From NCBI GenBank assembly GCA_963695095.1, contig CAVOFT010000001.1, forward strand, positions 1,152,001 through 1,216,000: a DNA stretch of 64,000 nucleotides. The letters run 5' to 3'. The notes beneath the pieces are model-generated. The model searched no databases. It saw nothing but the letters and a program-made list of their open reading frames with translations, and was not told where the DNA came from. Shown piece after piece: positions 58,969 to 64,000 of this stretch. The DNA is from an uncultured bacterium (GTDB lineage Bacteria > Krumholzibacteriota > Krumholzibacteriia > JACNKJ01). How positions within the stretch are numbered: the first letter of the stretch is position 1; every line of letters starts with the position of its first letter. Position numbers and translations under genes: made by a program.

Positions 58969-60894
58969 TCAGGCCAGTTCGGGCCGATCGCGGAACAGGG
59001 CGAGGGCTTCCGGGTTGGCCAGGGCCTCGGTGTTCTTCACGGGCCGGCCGTGGATGACTTCTCGCACGGCCAGCTCGGAGATCTTGCCGCTGCGGGTGCG
59101 CGGAATGTCGGCCACCTGCAGGATGACCGCCGGCACGTGCCGCGGCGTCGTGTGCTCGCGGATGCGCCGGCCGATGCGGGCGCGCAGGGCGTCGTCGAGC
59201 TGGAGCCCCGCGCGCAGGCGCACGAAGAGCAGCACGCGCTGGTCGCCGCCCACCTCCTGGCCCACGACGATGGCCTCCTCCACCTCGGGCACCTGCTCCA
59301 CCTGCCGGTAGATCTCGGCCGTGCCGATCCTCACGCCGCCCGGGTTCAAGGTCGAATCGCTGCGCCCGTGGATCACGATGCCACCGTGCTCGGTGAGTTC
59401 GACGCGATCCCCATGTCGCCAGACGCCCGGGAAGTGCTCGAAGTAGGCGGCGCGGTAGCGGCTGCCGTCGGCATCGCCCCAGAAGCCGATGGGCATGGAG
59501 GGCGCGGGAGCCGTGCAGACCAGTTCCCCGGGCTCGCCCAGCAGCGGCCGGCCCTCGTCGTCCCAGACCTCCACCTTCATGCCCAGGCCGCGGCACTGGA
59601 TCTCGCCGCGCCAGACGGGCAGCAGGGGATTGCCCAGCATGAAGCAGGAGACGATGTCCGTGCCGCCCGCGATGCTGGCGAGCAGGAGGTCCGCCTTCAC
59701 TTCCGCATAGACCCAGTCGAAGGACTCGGGGGCCAGGGGCGAACCCGTCGAGAGGATCGTCTGCAGGGCCGAGAGCTCGTGCGTGCGACGCGGCGAGAGC
59801 CCGGCCTTCTTGCAGGCGTCCAGGTACTTGGCGCTGGTGCCGAACTGGGTGAGCCGCTCCTCGACGGCCAGGTCCCAGAGCGTCTCCGGCCCCGGGTGGA
59901 AGGGGCTGCCGTCGTAGAGCACCAGCGTGGCGCCGCTGGCCAGGCCCGTGACCAGCCAGTTCCACATCATCCAGCCCGTGGTGGTGAAGTAGAAGAAGCG
60001 GTCGCCGGCGCGCAGGTCCGTGTGCAGGCGATGCTCCTTCAGGTGCTGGAGGAGCGTGCCGCCGGCGCCGTGGGTGATGCACTTGGGCCGCCCGGTGGTG
60101 CCGGACGAGTAGAGGATGTAGAGCGGATGGTCGAAGGGGAAGCGCGGCAGCGCCAGCTCGCCCGCGGGCGCGCTGGCCAGGAAGGCCGCGTAATCCTCGG
60201 TGCCGGGCACGGTGCCCGGCTCCGTGCCGCCCGTGTCGCGGATCACGAAGCAGCGCTCCACGCTGGGCAGTCCGGCGAGCACCCCGCGCAGCTTCTCCTC
60301 GGAGCTGTGTACAACGCCTTTGTAAAGATGGCCGTCGGCCACGATGAGGAACTTGGGCGCGATCTGGCCGAAGCGGTCCACGACGCCCTCGACGCCGAAG
60401 TCCGGCGAGGCCGAGGACCAGATGGCGCCCAGGCTCGTCACGGCGAGGGCGGCGACGATGGTCTCGGGCAGGTTGGGCACGAAGGCGGCGACGCGATCGC
60501 CTTCCCGCAGGCCCGCGGCCTGGAAGGCGCGCTGGAGCCGGCTGACCTGCTCGTGCAGCTGGGCGTAGCTCAGCTCGCGGCGCGCCCCATCCTCGCGGCG
60601 AAAGATGATCGCGGGCGCATCGTCCCGCCGCCAGAGCAGGTTCTCCACGAAGCTGAGCCGCGCGTCGGGAAACCAGCGCGCGCCGGGCAGGCGCTGGCCG
60701 TCCACGAGCGCGCGCGCGCCCACTTCGCCGCGCACGGCGCAGAAGTCCCAGACGGCGCGCCAGAAGGCGGCCGGCTCGGCCACCGACCAGCGATAGAGCC
60801 CATCGTAATCGCCATGACCCGTTGCGCGAAGAAAGGCCATCATCTGCGAGGCCTCGGTGCGGGCCGCGGGCGGGCTCCAGAGCGCTGCGGGCAT
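58969..60894 (-). CDS. Acetoacetate--CoA ligase
   Basis: '[22 protein letters not shown]', 'WMMWNWL', 'GGTDIVSCF', '[20 protein letters not shown]', '[11 protein letters not shown]'. Confidence 0.93.
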   Translation of the reverse strand: MPAALWSPPAARTEASQMMAFLRATGHGDYDGLYRWSVAEPAAFWRAVWDFCAVRGEVGARALVDGQRLPGARWFPDARLSFVENLLWRRDDAPAIIFRREDGARRELSYAQLHEQVSRLQRAFQAAGLREGDRVAAFVPNLPETIVAALAVTSLGAIWSSASPDFGVEGVVDRFGQIAPKFLIVADGHLYKGVVHSSEEKLRGVLAGLPSVERCFVIRDTGGTEPGTVPGTEDYAAFLASAPAGELALPRFPFDHPLYILYSSGTTGRPKCITHGAGGTLLQHLKEHRLHTDLRAGDRFFYFTTTGWMMWNWLVTGLASGATLVLYDGSPFHPGPETLWDLAVEERLTQFGTSAKYLDACKKAGLSPRRTHELSALQTILSTGSPLAPESFDWVYAEVKADLLLASIAGGTDIVSCFMLGNPLLPVWRGEIQCRGLGMKVEVWDDEGRPLLGEPGELVCTAPAPSMPIGFWGDADGSRYRAAYFEHFPGVWRHGDRVELTEHGGIVIHGRSDSTLNPGGVRIGTAEIYRQVEQVPEVEEAIVVGQEVGGDQRVLLFVRLRAGLQLDDALRARIGRRIREHTTPRHVPAVILQVADIPRTRSGKISELAVREVIHGRPVKNTEALANPEALALFRDRPELA

Positions 60895-60906
60895 CCTCGC
60901 CTCCGC

Positions 60907-61716
60907 CTAGCGCGCCGCGCGCTCGGCGGCCTGGGGCAGGCGCCACTCGCCCGCGTCCAGAGCCGCGTACTCGGCGATGAAGCGCTGCGTGGCCTCGGCG
61001 GCGTAGCGAAGCAGCACCTGCGGATCGGGCGGGAAGGCCAGGCGCTCGATGAGCGCGCGGTCCACGGGCGGGATGTCGCGGTCCAGGTAGCGCCAGCCGT
61101 AGTCGTAGCGCTCGGGGCAGTGGCGCAGGCGCAGGAGCTCCACCAGCGGCTTGAGCACGAGGGCCTGGTAGAAGGCCGAGGCCTCGGCCAGGTGGCCGCG
61201 GCGCACGGCCTTCTCCACCATGGGCACGAAGAGCGGCACCGTGCTGCGCATTGTCTTCAATCGGCCTTCGGCCTTGGCGAGGTGCTCGTCCCAGTCCAGG
61301 GGCGGCGCTGCCAGGTGGTCGCCGCGATCGAAGAGCACCAGGGCCTTGCCGTGGCGCTCCGGCTCGAGCGAGCGCGCCGAAGCCGGCTTGCTGAGCGGGA
61401 CGACGGCCAGGTCGAGCATGTGCTTGGGATCGGCGTCCCGGAGCTGGAAGAACTCCTGCGAGAGGCCGTGCCAGGCCGGCTCGGGCAGGCGGTAGGCGAG
61501 CGAGATCGGCGAGAGCGTCTCCAGGGCCTTGCGCACGAGGACGAAGACGGCCTCGACGTGGGCGTCGGGCACGATGACCTGCAGGTCCACGTCCGAGTAC
61601 TGGTCCGTGCGGCCGCTGGCGTCGCTGCCGCCCAGCCAGGCGGCCAGCACCTCGCTGTCGGCGGCCAGGGCCGCGCTCACGGTGTCGATGATCTGCTGTC
61701 TGGAGACCCTGGGCAT
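60907..61716 (-). CDS. Pol-beta-type nucleotidyltransferase domain protein with helical C-terminus
   Basis: 'AWLGGSDASGRTDQYSDVDL' matches the GS...DxD motif. Confidence 0.75.
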   Translation of the reverse strand: MPRVSRQQIIDTVSAALAADSEVLAAWLGGSDASGRTDQYSDVDLQVIVPDAHVEAVFVLVRKALETLSPISLAYRLPEPAWHGLSQEFFQLRDADPKHMLDLAVVPLSKPASARSLEPERHGKALVLFDRGDHLAAPPLDWDEHLAKAEGRLKTMRSTVPLFVPMVEKAVRRGHLAEASAFYQALVLKPLVELLRLRHCPERYDYGWRYLDRDIPPVDRALIERLAFPPDPQVLLRYAAEATQRFIAEYAALDAGEWRLPQAAERAAR

Positions 61717-61790
61717 GCCGATCCTCCCCTGCCGAGACCAGGGTAGAGGCTGGCCCCCTCCATCGCCAGTGCATTTTGGCCGCCCGCCGG

Positions 61791-61818
61791 TGTAACCTCG
61801 CGGGCGCTCGGGGGTCAT
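61791..61818 (+). promoter_or_regulatory. ECF-type promoter, probably autoregulatory
   Basis: TGTAAC-N16-GGTCAT directly upstream of the ECF sigma gene. Confidence 0.5.
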
Positions 61819-61861
61819 ATCCTGCGGGCCGGGCGGGCCCGCTGCGGCGGCGAGGAGAATC

Positions 61862-62428
61862 GTGAGCGGAAGCTGGAGCAAGGCCTATCGCCGTCACGGG
61901 GCCGACATCCAGGCCTATCTCGCGCGGCGATTGCCCCGGCGCGAGGAGGCCGAGGATCTCTGCCAGGAGACCTTCCTGCGCGCCATGCGCGCCGAGGAGA
62001 AGCTGCGCGACCCCGGCCGCCTGCGCGCCTACCTCTTCAGCACGGCGCACAACCTGCTCGTCAACCACCTGCGCCGCCGGCGGCTCGTGCAGGCGGAGAG
62101 CGAGTTGGGCGAGGGCCTGAGCCTGGAGCTCGTCGCCGGCGCTCGCGGCGCCGAGGGTGAGTCGGGCCCGACGGCGGCGATCCGGGATCGGGAGCTCGCC
62201 CGCGCCCTCGCCGCGGCGCTGGCCGGTCTGCCCGCCGAGCAGCGGCTGGCCTTCACGCTCGGTCCGCTGGAGCGGCGGCCCTATGCGGAGATCGCCGCGA
62301 GCACGGGCTGGAGCTTGAGCAAGGTGAAGATCAACGTCCACCGGGCGCGCAAGTCGCTGATGGCGCGGCTGGAGGAACACGCGCCGGCGGCCCGCGCGGC
62401 CGGAGCGGACAAGGAGGCAAGGGCATGA
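61862..62428 (+). CDS. ECF RNA polymerase sigma factor
   Basis: 'EAEDLCQETFLRA', 'YLFSTAHNLLVNHLRR', 'YAEIA..VKINVHRARKSL'. Confidence 0.92.
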   Translation: MSGSWSKAYRRHGADIQAYLARRLPRREEAEDLCQETFLRAMRAEEKLRDPGRLRAYLFSTAHNLLVNHLRRRRLVQAESELGEGLSLELVAGARGAEGESGPTAAIRDRELARALAAALAGLPAEQRLAFTLGPLERRPYAEIAASTGWSLSKVKINVHRARKSLMARLEEHAPAARAAGADKEARA

Positions 62429-62988
62429 AGGACTGCGAGCGGATGGAAGCGCTCGTCTCGGCTCTCCTCGACGGCGAGGGCGAGCCCGGCGAGCAGCGCG
62501 AGGCCCTGGATCACCTGATCGCCTGCGCGGAATGCCGCCGCTTCTACCAGGAGGCGAGCTCCCTGCAGGGGCGCCTGGATCTACTCCCGCCCGGCGCCTG
62601 GCCGGCCGCGCCGCGCCGAACCTGGCCCCGGCTCGGCGGCCGCACCTGGCTGCAGGCCGCGGCCCTCGTCGCCATGCTCGCTCTGGGCCTGGCCCTGGGC
62701 GCGCGCCTCGGCCCCCGGGCTCCGGGGCTGCCGGCCCTGCCCGCCGAGGGGGAGACGATCGAACTGGCCCTCGCCTCCGACGGCGGTGCCATGGACGACC
62801 GCGAGTTCGTCGCCCTCACCCTGCGTCTTCTGCGCGCGGATCGACGCTATCACCGCGAGCTGGCAGCAATCCTCTATCGCGTCGCGCCCGCCCTGGCCGC
62901 CGGCGAGGCGAGCGCCGGCGAGATCGCAGTGGCCACCGAGCAAAGCCCCGGCGACGCGCCCGAACGCGCGGCGCGGGTCATCTACTGA
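62425..62988 (+). CDS. Zinc-binding (zf-HC2/ZAS) membrane anti-sigma factor
   Basis: 'LLDGE..HLIACAECR' (HxxxCxxC), one TM segment, ATGA overlap with the sigma gene. Confidence 0.85.
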   Translation: MKDCERMEALVSALLDGEGEPGEQREALDHLIACAECRRFYQEASSLQGRLDLLPPGAWPAAPRRTWPRLGGRTWLQAAALVAMLALGLALGARLGPRAPGLPALPAEGETIELALASDGGAMDDREFVALTLRLLRADRRYHRELAAILYRVAPALAAGEASAGEIAVATEQSPGDAPERAARVIY

Positions 62989-63009
62989 GATTCCAGAAAG
63001 GAGATCCCC

Positions 63010-64000
63010 ATGCGGACGCGCATCGCGAGTGTGCAGGCGGCCCTGCTCCTGATCGGCCTGGCCGCGGCGCCCCTGGCGGCAAAGCAGGCGAACGAGGGCT
63101 TTCTCTACGGCACCATCAGCACCGACTCCGGCAAGGAGTACACCGGCTTCCTGCGCTGGAACACCGACGAGGAGGCCTTCTGGGACGACCTCTTCCAGTC
63201 GGCCAAGGAGGACCTGCCCTATCTCAAGGAAGTGAGCGAGCGCGATCGCCAGCGCGGGCGGGAGAAGAAGCGCACGAACATCAAGATCTTCGGCTTTCGC
63301 GTGAACGTCGAGTCCGACGGCTGGGGCAGCGGCGACTCGCGCATCTTCATCGCGCGCTTCGGCGACATCGAGAGCATCGAGGCGCGGGGCGCGACCGCGG
63401 CCCAGCTCACCATGAAGGGCGGCGAGCGCTACGCGGTGAAGGGCTATGCCAACGATGTCGGCGCCACCATCCTCGTGCGCGACGAAAAGCTGGGCGAGAT
63501 CGAGCTGCGCTGGGACCACATCGAGACCATCCGCTTCGCCGCGGCGCCCGCCGGCGCGGATCCCGGCGCGACCCGCCTCTACGGCACGCTCAGCACCCGC
63601 CACGGCGAGTTCACGGGCTACATCCAGTGGGATCAGGAGGAGTGCCTGAGCAGCGACCGCCTGGACGGAGAGGCCGAGGACGGCAAGCTCTCCGTGCCGA
63701 TGGGGAGCATCGCCGGCATCGAGCGGCGCGGCAGCCAGGGCTGCGCGGTGACGCTGAAGGACGGCCGCAGCTACCGGCTGCGGGGCACCAACGACGTCAA
63801 CGAAGAGAACCGCGGCATCATGGTGGAGGACCCCCGCTTCGGTCGCGTGGTGGTGGGCTGGCGCGAGTTCGACCGGCTCGAGTTCAGCGAGAACCCGGCG
63901 AGCGGGCGCGCCTACGCGGACTACAAGCCGGCGAAACCGCTGGCGGGCACGGTGATCACCAAAGGCGGCGCCACCCATGCGGGCCGGCTCGTCTTCGACC
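63010..64000 (+). CDS. Secreted repeat protein, runs off the right edge
   Basis: AAGGAG RBS; MRTRIASVQAALLLIG..; repeats 'LYGTISTDSGKEYTGFLRW', 'LYGTLSTRHGEFTGYIQW', 'LAGTVITKGGATHAGRLVFD'. Confidence 0.8.
   Translation, partial: MRTRIASVQAALLLIGLAAAPLAAKQANEGFLYGTISTDSGKEYTGFLRWNTDEEAFWDDLFQSAKEDLPYLKEVSERDRQRGREKKRTNIKIFGFRVNVESDGWGSGDSRIFIARFGDIESIEARGATAAQLTMKGGERYAVKGYANDVGATILVRDEKLGEIELRWDHIETIRFAAAPAGADPGATRLYGTLSTRHGEFTGYIQWDQEECLSSDRLDGEAEDGKLSVPMGSIAGIERRGSQGCAVTLKDGRSYRLRGTNDVNEENRGIMVEDPRFGRVVVGWREFDRLEFSENPASGRAYADYKPAKPLAGTVITKGGATHAGRLVFD

Noticed and set aside
57161..62380. 1739-aa minus-strand ORF
   Set aside because: Low-complexity Arg/Gly/Pro off-frame and antisense product overlapping recognisable genes.

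Overview
A 64-kb, very GC-rich bacterial chromosomal segment with about 50 protein-coding genes. I found no rRNA, tRNA, CRISPR array or mobile element. Several secreted proteins end in FlgD-Ig-like 'PNPFNP...GxY' domains and one ends in a 'TWSRIKS' tail, which points to an FCB-related lineage such as Krumholzibacteriota/Latescibacterota (inference). Contents in order: RND exporter + MFP + two beta-propeller paralogs; ampG-like MFS and uppP; kinase-ATPase-TPR fusion; Omp85/DUF4390/HK/sigma54-regulator/SDR operon; OM barrels and lipoproteins; nucleotide-sugar dehydrogenase; two divergent small Sm-like ORFs; an 8-gene GlmL-like ATPase/DUF6754 membrane operon; LmtA-like methyltransferase; rpmB; M16 pair + two-component system; secreted M1 and M14 peptidases; rhodanese; PilB-like + KaiC-like ATPase pair; acetoacetate-CoA ligase; ECF sigma/anti-sigma. 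Strongest leads: (1) a secreted beta-propeller gene (50546-52201) with an in-frame TGA that forms CxxU and is followed by a bacterial SECIS-like hairpin, i.e. a candidate new selenoprotein; (2) the uncharacterised GlmL/DUF6754 membrane operon with no mutase; (3) three sigma54 promoters with IHF-like sites upstream of envelope genes; (4) a translationally coupled PilB-zinc-ribbon/KaiC-like pair. Several single-base frameshifts suggest residual assembly errors, so the in-frame stops need read-level checks. All family calls come from motif recognition, not database searches.
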